Source: Octopus vulgaris
Taxonomy: Eukaryota
Assembly (NCBI GenBank): GCA_951406725.2
Contig: OX597814.1
Location: 135,470,001-135,534,000 of the forward strand
Direction: 5' to 3'
DNA length: 64,000 bases
The notes under the pieces were generated by a model. The model was not told where the DNA came from. It was given only the letters and a program-made list of their open reading frames with translations, and made no database searches. Every line of letters starts with the position of its first letter. The stretch's first letter is position 1. This document shows, one piece after another, positions 1 through 14,099 of this stretch. A program made the position numbers and the translations under genes.

Positions 1-53
1 TCCCCCAAAGGGAACTTTTTGTGATTATCACCAGGTTATGTAAATCCATATAT

Positions 54-92
<39 letters not shown>

Positions 93-96
<4 letters not shown>

Positions 97-554
97 GCAG
101 CATGGAAGGTGTTTGTAAGCCATTTAAGAAACACACAAAAGCTGTTCGATTCACTTCAACATTTAAGTTTAATTTGTCAAAATATTTTCATCGCTAAAAT
201 CCGCAACCTGTTCACTGACAAAAATCCGTGCTGCATCCAATTGAATGCTTCATTCAATTGCTGTAGAACTCAAACATCGAGCCTGATGAGCCAACTTGAT
301 GCAGATGGTTTTCAATACTCAGTTTGGTTATATGGAGAATATTTGTGATCACCCTGGTTATATAAGAGTGGATGGTGTCAGCTAACACCTTCATTTTGAT
401 GCTGTTAATGTCAGTTGGCCAGCCAGACTGAGAATCGAACGGCTTTTGTGTGTTTCTTAAATGGCTTACAAACACCTTCCACGCTGCAATTGTTTTCGTT
501 CCAGCACACAATCTCAGATCAAATCACTTGCTACGTGAGTACATCTCCGTAAAT
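93..554. mobile_element. Non-autonomous PLE-type insertion: two outward-facing terminal-repeat pieces in a (TA)n tract, with a captured 187-bp copy of neighbouring DNA
   Basis: 93-152 is the reverse complement of 432-491; HHR motif at 173-222; (TA)n on both sides; 247-433 duplicates 1656-1842. Confidence 0.7.
173..222 (-). ncRNA. Minimal type I hammerhead ribozyme motif with G3:C8 core variant
   Basis: Minus strand reads TTTGTCA-GTGAACA-G-GTTGC-GGATTTTA-GCGAT-GAAA-ATAT-TT-TGACAAA: 7-bp stem I, stem II, palindromic stem III. Confidence 0.65.
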
Positions 555-555
555 A

Positions 556-588
<33 letters not shown>

Positions 589-771
589 TACTGGTGACTG
601 ATGGTATTAAGGGCAGACATCGGGACACACATACATACAGTGTAATAAAATCTGTAAATATATTATTGTTCTTACCATATTAATATATAGATATATATAA
701 AATATAACATGTCTTGAATGACACAAAAATGCAGAGTGGACTATAATAAATGTTATAATTTAATTATTCAT

Positions 772-820
772 AGTCTGATATAATAATGTTTTGGAATATA
801 AAATTTCCTTCTTCAGACAT
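772..820 (-). ncRNA. Degenerate PLE-type hammerhead remnant
   Basis: CTGAAGA-A-GGAA-ATTTTATA-TTCC-AAAAC (GAAA mutated); weak stem I. Confidence 0.35.
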
Positions 821-919
821 CACTGAGCTTTACAGTTGATAAAATATATATATATATGTTATTGTAGATACACCATTATATCTTATTTAGTATTATACCA
901 TTGAAAGTTGTGTTTATTA

Positions 920-2181
920 TATTGGATTGGCCAAAATGTCCATTCAGTTCTTAAGCGAAAATAAGACACAAGTTTTAAACAAAAATCAATTTATTCAATT
1001 AATGATATAATTACTGTTTCATTCCAGTATCTTCTGCCATTTTGTGGGCAGATCCGTTATTTCCTGCTCAAAGGATTTTCTGTCTTTACTGGCATAAAAC
1101 TCTTCCAGGCAAATTTTTACATCCTCTTCAGAATTGAAGGTCTGCCCATTCAATGAATTTTGAAGAGACCGAAAATTTGAAATCTGAAGGTGCAAGGTTG
1201 GGTGATTATGGATGGTGCAGCAAAATTTCCCAGCTGAGCTCCAGTAACTTCTGCTGTGTCTGCAAAGAAGTGTGCAGTCTGGCATTGGCAAGATGAAAGA
1301 CAATGCCCTTATGATTAGTAAGTGCTGGATGATTCTGGTGGATTGCTGTGTGTAATTTGATCAGTAGGTCACAATAAACATCAAAACTGATGTCCTGCCA
1401 TTGAGAAGCTCGTAAAAGACAACACCCTTCCAATCCCACCAAATTGAAAGCATAACCTTCTTTGGGTGAAGTCCTACTATGGAGGTTGGTTATGGTAGTC
1501 CGCTGTGCTTTCCCTGATTGTTGCACTTCACCTGATTGTTTGCACTAGTTGTAGGTAAACCATTTTTCATCCCCTGTCACCTTTCTCTTCAAAAAAGGAT
1601 CATTTACTTCACGTTTCTGCAACAAATCACAGTTGAAATTTGTTGGATAAGGCTAGCTTCATTCAATTGCTGTAGGACTCAAACATCGAGCCTGATGAGC
1701 CAACTTGATGCAGATGGTTTTCAATACTCAGTTTGGTTATATGGAGAATATTTGTGATCACCCTGGTCATATAAGAGTGGATGGTGTCAGCTAACGCCTT
1801 CATTTTGATGCTGTTAATGTCAGTTGGCCAGCCAGACTGAGATGCATCTTGAACTGAAAAATTTCCTAATCGAAATCTCAAAAATCACTTCTAGTACACA
1901 TGCTCTGCAACATCCTCTCTGTACACAGCACATATCTTCCTGTTGATTTCTGGCACTTTGTCTTTTTTTTAAAATAAAAATAGCATGAAGTGTTGATAAT
2001 GTTTGTTTTGCATCTGCATTTTCAGAATGATTCCAAGTACACAAAATACAACCTGTTTCGCTGCAAGTTTGCATCGAACTATATTGAAGAGTCAAGTATC
2101 TAATGAGTGTATATGTGCAAAGAACAGACTGAAGTTAGCTACTTAGTGTTTGAAAACCAAATGGACTTGTTGGCCAATCCA
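920..2181 (-). mobile_element. Decayed mariner (SETMAR/Hsmar-like) DNA transposon
   Basis: Imperfect TIRs TTGGATTGGCCAAAATGTCCATT (922) and ATGGACTTGTTGGCCAATCC (2161); broken transposase motifs (FHLANARLHT, LLELSWEILLHHP, FRSLQNSLNG). Confidence 0.85.
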
Positions 2182-4050
2182 GGAAAATGCATGAATCATC
2201 ATTGCAACTAGGTTTCCATTTAAAAATTTTTATTTTATAATCCACTTTTGTGAACAACAGAACAATAGTATTGATGATTACAGGTTTCAAATGGTTCAGT
2301 GTATTTATGATGATAAAATTGATAAGGAGTATCTTGTAAATTGAGCAAATAAATAGAACATATTTCTGTTTATAATTACTAGTTACTCATTGATGCTTAT
2401 GATGGTTTCCATTTACCAAATTCCTCACTGAAATCCCAAGACTATTATGAAAAAAACTTACCTACGAATCCATGCAGTCAGATCAAACATGAAACCATGT
2501 GGTTATAAAAGTCAACTTCTAAATTACACCAGTCTCAAAAGAGATTTTTGCTTTTTTTAAAAATAAATACAATAACATTTCATAGAATCAAAATGAATTG
2601 AGCTCAATTCAGAAATATAGGTTCCTAGAATAAGCTTTGCCACTAACTTTTCAGAATCCATGTTCTAGATGACTTGTAACTGTAAATACCTACAGAATTT
2701 TTCTCTCTAGAACACGGGGCAAATACAACTTTTCAGTGAGAATCTTTGCAGATAAAAGGTTCACAGAAAAATATGGTATGAACAGAATTCTAGGAAGATG
2801 TAATTTTATAAAGGAGAGGTTAAATAAATGCTTACTATGGAATCAGAGTGTGAATTAGATGAGCAATAGGTGCCTCAGTGTGTTTAGTTTAAAAAGGTAT
2901 GCAGTCAGAAATATCGGAGAAGCAGAGTTTGTAGCGAAAAGGGCAGTTTTGAAAAGTAATTGGAGAGTGAAGGCAGGTGAAAGCTTACTGACTGAACACA
3001 CTTTAGGTTTGTGCTTTAATGTAATGCAAAAATGCCCATCTTGTGTGGTATGCATGGTTTCAGATATCTGAGCAGTGCTGTAGCATAAATCATATATGTC
3101 TTATGTTTTAAAAGGTGATAGTGATGAAAACCATAGAAGAAATCACTGAGAGCCCTCAAAACAACAAATATATAATGTAGGGGTCTTAGAAAGCTTAACA
3201 TATGCTGTGTTGGAATTACCTGTAAAGACTGATTTGACTGTTTTATCATTATAAATATATCTTAGAAAACTTCATAGATCGTTATGAGATGTTTACAGTC
3301 CTGACTCATATTTAAGTTGTTATTCATGAAGTATACAATTTCAATCCTGATCTTTTTTGGAACTGGAGTGAAGGTACCTAGACTGTAATAACTGAATGAA
3401 AACTGTAACTTGACCAATGTTTTCATCAAATTAAAACTTAAAATGTCAACTGAAACATGAACATCTTATAACATTTTCTTGTGAATATGTTTCTTTTAGA
3501 GACACAAGTAAAACTCTGCAGTTTATATTTGCCAAATGTTAAGTCAATAAAGGTGTAAAATTCAAGAATATTGACTTTCCACACTGGCACTATACTACAA
3601 ATATGTAACTCATTACATGACTAGTACCTATTCAACTAAACCCACAAAGATGCAAGACAAAGTAGTAAGATGTCATTAAAACTGGAGAATGAGAGAATTA
3701 AATACTTTAAGTGTTCAGTCTAACGTTTTTCATAAGACTTCATCCAACCTTAAATTCAATGAGATTGAAAAACAAAACAAAGTTTCTGAGTTTACTATTT
3801 TTTTCTCAATTTTTAATTTTTTTTTTTTTTTTTTTTGGCTTTTATATAGTAAGAAAAAAGTTATGTTGTTCATGGGGCTTCTTACTATGGTTGTAATTGT
3901 TTGTTTTGCTAGCTACCAACTTCTCACAAGAAGAGTGCTACAGTTTGAAACTGGCTGTCCATCTACACTGTGTAAACAAACAGGGTACAGTATCTTCTAA
4001 AAGGAGGTAGGCAGGCAGGCATTGATATAATAACCTAAGTTTAGTCTTCG

Positions 4051-4176
4051 TCATAATGATGTTGCTGTAGAATGGTTTGTTGGTAATACAGAATCCATAC
4101 ATTTTTTAGCCTCTTCGGTTAAATCCTTAGCTTCTCCTTTCAGTTTACCAATCACCCATTCCATTGCTTGTCGACC
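4051..4176 (-). CDS. PRELID3: PRELID3 exon 6 (terminal): GRQAMEWVIGKLKGEAKDLTEEAKKCMDSVLPTNHSTATSL*
   Basis: CAG acceptor, GR.AMEWVI motif, TGA at 4053-4051; spliced CDS is 588 nt = 195 aa + stop. Confidence 0.95.
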   Translation of the reverse strand, partial: GRQAMEWVIGKLKGEAKDLTEEAKKCMDSVLPTNHSTATSL

Positions 4177-4818
4177 CTGCAAAAACAAAGACAATTAAGG
4201 AATCATTAAAATAAAGGATTATAAACTATTTTCAAAATATGTCATAGTGTCACTTCTAATGAGTAAATGAAGAAATTTTTAAATTATTGCTTCACCATTT
4301 AAATACTACAACACCAAACTTTCCCTCTAATAAATCTCTAGTCTGAAATCAATATGTTCAGGTATTAATCTGAAAAAAAAAATAGTTAAGACACATATGT
4401 GGAATGGAAAGACTAGCTGAATAACAGATAAAGAAAATTATGTATATATCATATAATGGAGTCATTTATTTGTTGAAAGAGTTGTCTTGTGAATCACTCA
4501 AATATGAATTAAGCCCTCAACCAGTTTTGGGTTCATTCAGTCAACCTGATCAAGTAGAAGTTTAGCAGCATAACATGTTGATAGATTTATAGTTTGTTCA
4601 AACTAATAAATTCTGGCCATGTCGGAATGCTTTCTTTCTAAAATGAAACTTCATGAATTAATGTGTCAACCTAATGCCATGCTAATGTGTTCTACCTTGA
4701 TCCATTTTAGAATATGTAAAATTTAAACTTATGGTCACAGTTGTTAGTAGAATGTAATAAACATGATAATTAAAAGTTTGTTTTCCATTTTTTATGCTTC
4801 AAATATAAAAATAAATTA

Positions 4819-4974
<156 letters not shown>

Positions 4975-6313
4975 TTAGAAAATTTGGTATTAAAACAAAA
5001 CACAAAAACTTTGAGATGATGTGCTTTCAGAGGGATGTTTTTTAAATCTTCTTTAATCCTTTAACATTTAAAATGTCCATATCCAGCCCAAAATATTGTA
5101 CCTGATCTATGTTCAAATCAATCAGATCTGGCCTCTCACACTTGCCCTACAATGTCATTCTAAAAATGACAATCATAACATCAAAATCTCAAAGCTATGA
5201 GATAATCTTAACAAATAGGCATTACATTTGACAGAGTAATCTGAATGCTAAAAGGTAAACATCCTATTTCTAAGAAAACACATAATTTAACTGAGTGAAA
5301 AACCCAAATGAATAAGATTGTTGAAGCATCTGGAGATGATCAGCAAACTAGAGTAGATAGAAACAAACAAAACTGTGGTTAGTATGGAAAAATACCTGCT
5401 GCCCTCCTTAAAAAAAATATAGACATATGATAATTAAATAAGTTTAGCTACTGGAAAGAATAATTCAATTTAAAGAAACAAACAATGCTAATGTCTGTGT
5501 GATGATGATACTAAATAGAACACAACTTTAACATTTTCTATGAATATAAATTATGAGCATATACTGGCAGTGCTTTGATTAAACAAGTCCATAATTTCAG
5601 GAGATAACCAGAATTGCTTCACTGGCCAGTGTTAACAAAAGAAAGATGTTTCTTTTCGATAACAGTAAAGAGATAAGGCTGCCCTAAATGTTTACAAGTC
5701 AACCCCTTAGCATCCAGATTATTTTATCAAATACACAGATATGGCCAGTTTAAACACTAAAGGATTAAACAGACAAACAGTGAAACAAAGTTGACACACA
5801 GGCAGTCAGAAAAAATAGGAAGTAGTTCAAAACAAAACAGGCCAATTATGATCATTTAACTTTGAACTATCAAAAGACAGATTATGGGTTGCCTCTGAAT
5901 GGTTTCAAGACATTCTAAGACTAATTCATATATTGTTTTGAAAAAATGTAGAAGTCATTTCAGTTTATGTGGAAATCTGCCAGAAACAACAATTATAGAT
6001 TTATATCTATAATTACTAAATATTTAATTACAAGTCATTGACTAGTATAATAGCAGAAACTGTAGAGCATTGAGGTCAATAATTTATGATATCTAGTTTT
6101 GCTTCTGTTTTGAATTTATACCATATTTTAATCACAGTCAATAAGTACCAGAAATATATTTGAATTGATTCCATAAACTATAGTCTATGGGATTTTATGA
6201 CCACTCCACATTATACTAATATACTCCCGTTGTGAAAAAATAGGATGGTAATTGCAATATTTTTTTAATGAATTTCCTAATGATCATAAAATGTTTGTTG
6301 CAGTTCAGACTAT

Positions 6314-6527
6314 TTAAACCTTTAGCATTTAAACTGGCCATGTCTGGCCTAAATATTCTGCTAGTTTTATGTTTAAACTGGTCAGATCTGGTCTCTCATG
6401 TTATTCTAAAAATAAACAATCACATCATCATAATCTTTAAGCTTGGATATAATGCATGATTAATTCAAAACAATGTAAATAAATAAGAATTATAATTGGC
6501 AGAATAATCTGAATGCTAATGGGTTAA
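6314..6527. mobile_element. piggyBac-type MITE (related copies about 5053-5258 and 5700-5768)
   Basis: TTAA-flanked ends with TIR-like CCTTTAGCATT ... AATGCTAATGGG. Confidence 0.55.
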
Positions 6528-8291
6528 ATCACAATTTTAACACTGTGGGGATACTACTGAAGCTCTCCTATGAATAGTTTCCTTTCAAGAGAAAGACAGA
6601 ATCCAGAACAAAAGAAATGCATTACAAGAGTGGCCCTTATATATATATATATATTATATATATATGACTGTTGTTCTTGGAGTGAACATTTTATTATGTG
6701 ATGTTTTACACAGAAGTGTGAAACCAATCAAATCAACAGTGTTGAGCCAAGCTTCTGAAGTCACTAAATAAAGTACTAGTTTAGGGCAGTGGAATGAGGA
6801 AATTGATAGAATGTCAGTCGGGATGCCTTACAGTATTTGTTCCAGTGCTTTGTGTTCTGAGTTCAAATCCTGTCATAGCATACTTAGGTGGTAGACTTAG
6901 TCAGTCATCTGATTTAACACTAGCATCTAGTCCTTGAGTGTTTTTAATAGAGTTCACTTCATTGCAAGCTTCCTCCCTCCCACCACGCTCATCAGTTCTC
7001 CCAGAGTCATGGGCACATATATAATAAACTTATCAAACACTGGTACTGTACAGTATCCACAGCTAAGACTCTTTCACTTTCACAGGCTCTTTTACATTTT
7101 CTTAACTGTAAACAGTTATAATGAACAGGCTTAGCTAATTGTCATAAGCAACCAGGACAAGTGTTTTGTTAATTAGTTAAACTGAACTCAAATCTTCCTA
7201 TGGACTTCAATCAAACAATAGAAAACCATGTAAGAATACTTTCCCTTGAAATCCTTAGGAAGTGGTTACTGACAAACATTTAAGATATTTTCTTCATAAA
7301 ATTAGGAAGCTTATGATGCAGGCATCAGTAGCTTAGTGAGAACTCCCAGTACCCCAGTGTGGTGAGGTATTCTTTTGCATCCTTACCTTAATGGGCATGA
7401 AAGGCCATAGGACATTTCAAGCTTTCTCATATCTCCACTCCACCTGAGACATATGGACATGCAGTTAAAAATGTTGGATTGCAAACACAAGTGTCTGGGT
7501 TCAATCCTACTGCATAGCAACTAGAGCAAGTTTCTTCTACTACAGCCTTGGGTTGACTAAGGCCTTGTAAATGAGGTCGATAGAAACAACAGAATCATTG
7601 CACACACACACACACACAGCAGTGTGAATTGACAAAACTGGTGCAACCAAAATGCAGTAGTATTTTGGTTTCTTTTCTGATTATGTCCCTTTGTGGATGA
7701 GCACAAAATAAATACCAAAGTACTGGACTTGATATAATTAACTAAAGCTCTTTTGGATGTGTTCCAATGCAATAAGAAATTGAAATATATTTTCTATCAA
7801 AGACATTTGGAAGTTTTGCTTTTAGTGAAGGAGGGATTATTTTCCAAGCTAACATCAATCAGTAGATCTGCAGTGTATTATATACTTAAGAACAGATACT
7901 TTACAGCTGAATTCCCTCCCAAATACAGAAAAATCTAAGTGACAGTAAAACATTTTTAGTTGGCTCAAATTGATCAGAGTAATGTCCCTTATCACAAGAC
8001 GCAGCATAAAATTTGAACCAAAAAAATATCACCATACCATCTTTAATTGCAAAATTAGATTTCATGATCATTCTAGTAACAATGTTAAATATCTACCAAA
8101 AACTAGATTTTAGTATTTACTGCAATAGTCTCAACTTATCTGAACAGAAAATAGTTTTAAACAGACAAAAGATAGACTGGTATATGAAAATGTTTCTGCA
8201 GTTAGGAAATTTTGAGTCAATTAACTTGATTTCCACAGTTAAAGAGTTAACTTCTTGAATACTGAAATGTTAAAGCAAGTTTCTCATATGA

Positions 8292-8364
8292 GACTCTGAT
8301 GAAGCTATAAGATGTTACTCAAGTATGAGTCCATTGCATTTTATAGCAGAAATAGTTGTGAGCT
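8292..8364 (+). ncRNA. Degenerate PLE-type hammerhead with extended stem II
   Basis: CTGATGA-A-GCTATAAGATG...CATTTTATAGC-A-GAAA-TAGTTGT (decayed ACAGCTGT palindrome). Confidence 0.5.
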
Positions 8365-8461
8365 AATGAAGTTCATAAGATAATCGTTTATTTCTTTGTC
8401 ATCTTATTTTCTTATATAAGGTGTTGACAATAGGAAACAACAACCTACTTTCCTATTAAAT

Positions 8462-8660
8462 ATTGGTTTCAAATTTTAGCACAAATCCAGCAATTTTTGG
8501 GTTGATTACATTGACCCCATTGTTCAACTGGTACTTATTTCATTGACCCCAAAAGGATGAAAGGCAAAGTTGACCTCAGTGAAATTTGAACTCAGAACAT
8601 AAAGACAGACAGAATGCTGCAAAGAATTTTGCTTGGTGTGTAAACAATTCTGCTAGCTCA
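8462..8660 (-). mobile_element. tRNA-derived SINE, family B
   Basis: Shared core TTTGCCTTTCATCC...AAGTACCAG with B-box GAGTTCAAAT. Confidence 0.65.
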
Positions 8661-8879
8661 CTACATATCTCTAATATTAGATATTGATAGCTAACATGAA
8701 GCATAGTGAGAGAGGGAGAGGGCAAGATGGTGGAGGGAAAAGGGCTTCAGACAGAGAAAAGCTGTTTTTCAGGATAATAGATTACAAAATCAAATTTTAG
8801 TTTGAAGAATATGTCCTAACATTAAAATATTGTTTTCAGTTGATTCAAATAAAATTTTAATGTTATATAGTTGACTTAC

Positions 8880-8950
8880 CTAGATTTATCTTTGGGATCA
8901 GGACAATATGTTAAGTTTTCATCAATAGATACAATATTACAGAATGTTAA
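8880..8950 (-). CDS. PRELID3: PRELID3 exon 4: LTFCNIVSIDENLTYCPDPKDKS+
   Basis: CAG acceptor, GTAAGT donor, 71 nt; similar to [21 protein letters not shown] of PRELID3B. Confidence 0.95.
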
Positions 8951-10558
8951 CTGGAAAACAAAATGTTAGACATTGTCACTAAAGAATAAAAGAGAACTGC
9001 ATCAATAATTAAAAAAAAAAAAATTTTCTAGCAGTAAATCCAATTTTCTGAAGTAGTATGGGTGGGATATGTGCTTTGCAAATTTATATATTTTGAATAT
9101 TGCTGGGTCAATTAATTTTATAGCTGGATTCTTTTCTCTTAGAAGTTCCTCTTCACTGTCATTGTGGTTGATCTTTGACACTGAACAATGAGGTTTCAGA
9201 AGTTCAAGCAACTGAATTACCTGCTCCTGAATTAAAGTGTGAGTGGCTGAGCATTCCAAAGACATGTGTACTCTTAACACAATTCTCATGTAGAATCAGC
9301 ATGACACTGAGTGACAAGGCTGTACATTTTGAATTCATCATCATCATTATCACAATCTGGCATGGGTTGGACAATCTACCCCCATGGACTTCTATACAGT
9401 TTCCATGTATCCAATTTCACAAGATATGGGTCAACTTCAAGCTAAAGAAAATTTGCCCATGATGCCATACAGTGGGATCAAACCTGAGACCTTGTGGTTG
9501 CCAAACGAACTTCTTAACCATTCGACCATACTGTACCAACACTGTTGTAATACACATATAAAAAAATATATACTCCACAATAAGGGGTAACTTCCTCACA
9601 TGAGATAGGCTAGCCATTTCAATCTCTGACACACTACACTGCATTCAGATGAAGACAAAGTACTCTAACAATTTCATAGCAAAGCATCTCAGCCACATAC
9701 TTGTAAAATAAATTTCATAATCTTACTGATTCATAAGAGTTTTACATATATATATATATATATATTGTCTTTGGTCAATAAGTGTTATTTCCTGTATGTT
9801 TCTATCTAGAAATCAAAAGAAATGACTATTATTCCCTTCAAACTTAGCTTTTGTGACATAGACATCAATGTTTTGAAGTTGACCTATTTCCCAATACATT
9901 TCAGACAGATTCAGCACTGAGTTGCTGTGACAAATATTCTTATAGCAAATATTCTGCTCAATTTCACATATTTGCCTGTCAGTTACTTGAGTGTAACCAC
10001 TTGAGCGTGTCCCTTAGTGACTAACAATACGTACATCTCTGATCATGAGCAGTAGTGAGGGAGCATCATAGCCATGTGTTGAGAGAAATTCTTTGGGGTT
10101 TGAATAAGTGTAACAAAAGTTTGAAGGTGATATTAGCCATTTTTCATGTGTTCTAGGGGTAAGCAAATAGGAAATAACAGCTGCTATTCAAATTGTGTTA
10201 TTAAGTCATGCATCTTAATTCTCTTAAGTAAAAATTATTAAAACTAGAGTGAGCATTCTGGTAATCTAATCTTAATTGCAATAGTAATATTACTAAGTGT
10301 TGAAAAATTGCTAGTTATGACAATCAAAAATGTTCATTTTCTCTTTATGAATTTAATATTTCTTACCTCTAATATTCTTATTTTGAGAATGAGTGAATAG
10401 ATAATGTGGACATTACACATGTCACATTAACTCCACTTTTGCTCTTTTAATATGGAGATCAAATCAAATGATAGCCACCAAAATACCCCCCACCACCATT
10501 ATATTTCACACACACTCACGCATAAGCTAACAATACTACATTAAAAAAGATGACTTAC

Positions 10559-10645
10559 ATTTCGTGTTTGTAAGGTCATTCGTTTAGAGCGTGGGTCAAC
10601 TTCTGAAATTTCACTAGCAAAACATGTTCGGTCAATGCCAACAAT
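10559..10645 (-). CDS. PRELID3: PRELID3 exon 3: IVGIDRTCFASEISEVDPRSKRMTLQTRN
   Basis: CAG acceptor, GTAAGT donor, 87 nt, phase 0/0; E.S.VDP..K.M.L...N motif. Confidence 0.95.
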
Positions 10646-10789
10646 CTGGATAAAATAGAAAATAAAATTACAATAATTTTTATTTCATCTCTACAGAATA
10701 TAATGATAATTATGATGTAAATTAATTTCTATTTCAAATGTGCAAATCAGAGGGATACTACTATTTACTTACTTTGTCATAACTATCTT

Positions 10790-11157
10790 TTATCTTTTAT
10801 TTGTTTCAATCACTGGACTGTGGCCATGCTGGGGTACCACTTTAAAGGGTTTTAGTTGAATAAATCAATCCTAGTATTTTCTTTTTCTCTTTTTTTTAAA
10901 CCTAGTACTTATTCTATTGACCACTTATGTCAAATTGCTAAGTTTGGCATAAGAGATAAATAGAATAGCAGTTGTCAAGCAATGGTGGGGGACAAATGCG
11001 TGTGCGCATACACACATACGCACGTACATGACAAGTCCCCTCACAAGGTTTTAGTAGGCCAGGGGATAAAGTAGAAGACACTTACCCAAAGTGCCATGCA
11101 ATGGGACTGAAACTAGAACCATATGGTTGGGAAACTAACCTCGTACCATTCAGGCAC
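10790..11157 (-). mobile_element. tRNA-derived SINE, family A (PRELID3 intron 2)
   Basis: Same head (GGTTCAGTCCCA) and tail (CCAGCATGGCC..CAGTC..TGA.TGAAACAA) as the other family A copies. Confidence 0.65.
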
Positions 11158-11357
11158 ATATTAATTACAAACTAATAGTTTTATTTTCAGTACAGTATTC
11201 TTTGCTTAGTTGATAATTACAAAAACTGTGATTAATTAGTATTAGCTACATAAATAGCTTTCATTAATGCTTCAATTTAAAAAATGTAATAGCCAAAAAT
11301 TAATTTGACAACTGTAAAGATCTAATCTATTTTGACAGGTGAAAAAGAAGTCTATTA

Positions 11358-11651
<294 letters not shown>

Positions 11652-11897
11652 CTAGAAAATAAATACTAAAAATAATTACAATCACACTCGAAATGAAACA
11701 AAAAAGAAAAAAATCATCATCATCATCCTTTAAAATCCATTTTCCATGCTGGTATGGGTTGGACATGTAGAGAGTAAAACTGATAATACATAAGAGTAAA
11801 AGATGATTCCATAGATTTTGCCACTAAAAAGCAGAACAACATACTGCTTCTAATTTAAAATCCCCGGACAGTTAACCCAATGTTTCATACACTACAA

Positions 11898-12103
11898 CAG
11901 TAGTTCTCAACCATTCCTTACATATGGACCCCTTCGATTCCCATTTTATTCAGATGGACCCTGATAGCCATTCAATGTTTAAAGTATCCTATTATATTTG
12001 TTTTGTGTACTGTAGAAGTATAATCAATTTACTGCACATATTTTAACAACAAAATTTCATATGGACCCCCAAGGGTCATTTGGAACTCCGTTGAGAAATA
12101 CTG
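11898..12103. mobile_element. hAT-type MITE
   Basis: TIRs CAGTAGTTCTCAAC / GTTGAGAAATACTG; degenerate 8-bp TSD CACTACAA/CTCTTCAA. Confidence 0.65.
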
Positions 12104-12600
12104 CTCTTCAATATCTTCATTCTCAGAACACATTCAAATGCCATAACCTTTTGTTCATAGACCCTTCTCAAGCAGAGTATTTGAATTCATAATATTTCTA
12201 ATGCAAGATTTAACTACCTTAATCCCAAAACAATTGTCAGTAAAATGTTAACACATTTGAATAACAAATGAAAGCCAACCCATATATGCATGTGTATACA
12301 CATATATATGTAAGTATGTACATGTATGTATATATGCATATATATATATTATTTATATTATTATATGATCGAACGCCATGCATCCACTTCCAAGTAAGTT
12401 TTATCTTAATAATACTGATGCGACACAATCACTATCTCTATTTAGCTCTCTCTTCATCCTTCTTTTTTCCTCTCCCATCCTTTCTCTAATTCTTCTCCCC
12501 CTTTCACTGTTCTCTATCTGTCCCTCTCTCTACAAGGGAAAGCATGCATTTTTGTGTCTCCTGTCAAAGCTTGTTTCTCCAGCATATATATGTATATATG

Positions 12601-12654
<54 letters not shown>

Positions 12655-14099
12655 TACATACATACATACAGACACACACTATAACTTATAATTTATTTAT
12701 TAATTGTAATAGTCAACCAGCTGGTAATATACACTAAAAGAGATGAGTTTTCCAGAGAAACTGAATGAGTATTCTACTTTCAATCTCTTGTTGAAACCAT
12801 TCCTTTACTCGTGTTATCAAGGCAAGTTGGGATCAAGAGAGCTAATCCCTTTTGATATCAACTCACCTGTAATTGCCCTTGGTTCTATGACACAAATTAC
12901 CAGTTTTAAAGTAGCCTAAATTAAAATCTTCGATTGAAATTTGTCTTAACTTGGTCCAAACACAAGCTTGATACTAATAAAGTTATTTTACTAGATTCAT
13001 CATTATTTTAAAAATTGTCTGAAACAAAACCAGTGTCTTTCAAAGGAATGTGCGTGAGAATGATCTATCTGTCGTATTTGCACAATTTCTATTTTTCTCT
13101 TCTGTTGCCTTGACTTATGTAACTGATCAAGAAATTAATCAGTTACAAAACAATTACTAACTAGACTCAAAAGAATGTAAAACTTTCTAGTAGGAAAATC
13201 AAACATATATTATAAGAAAAAAAAATTATTCACATAGTTTTAAAGTTTTATTAATAACAAATGAAATTTCAAAACAAAAATCAACATAGGGGTGTGTCCA
13301 ATCTTAATATTAGATCTTTTATTTTAACAGCACATTTTAAAGAATTTTTATAAGATATTCAAGAGAGGAAGTGCCTTATGATGTTTCCAGGCTCTTCCAG
13401 ACTAATGCAGCTGATGTCCAGCCTAAACATCTGTAGGTAAAATACAACAGAGTGAATTGTTGCTAAAGCTCGCCCAGGGACCAAATGATATTGATCTGGG
13501 CAACATGTTTGGCCTCTAATCCTAAAAGTCCTTATCACAATAAGCTAAGCTTAATGAACAGGCTATGTAGAGATCAAGGTGATGCAATAATTAGTCATTT
13601 GATACAAATCTTAAATTTCTGAGAATAATTTCATCATCTCCTGCAAATTAAAAAAGTTGCAGGATTATTAAAGTATTGAACTGCCAGCTTAAGGCTCCTG
13701 AGTTCAGATTTGTTTTAATCTCTGCACAATTCACTTACTGTATTTACTTATGTGTATGTAAGTCACACTATTTTATACTCAATTTTAACTGAAAAAACTA
13801 AGGTGTGACTTATACAAGGGGCAATGCTAAAACTATGAAGAGAAAAAGTTTTCTTCCATGATTTAACACTATATTAAGGGTGCGATTTATACACAATTAA
13901 AGATGGTGATTCTACTTATCTCAGTTTCCCTAGCTACAAGGTAGATATAGACTTTCTAGAAAAGATTATTTGTAATAAGTTAGAACTGTATCCTGAAAGA
14001 AATTTATATTATCCTTTAAATTCTAAGAAATTGAAATGAATCACTGTGAATTGTGAGTTTATTCTTTTTGGCATCCATCAGACCTGTCTATAATAATCC

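Noticed and set aside
55-348. 97-aa ORF and other YI/HT/VC-repeat ORFs
   Set aside because: Artefacts of (TA)n, (CA)n and (CATA)n microsatellites fused to repeat fragments
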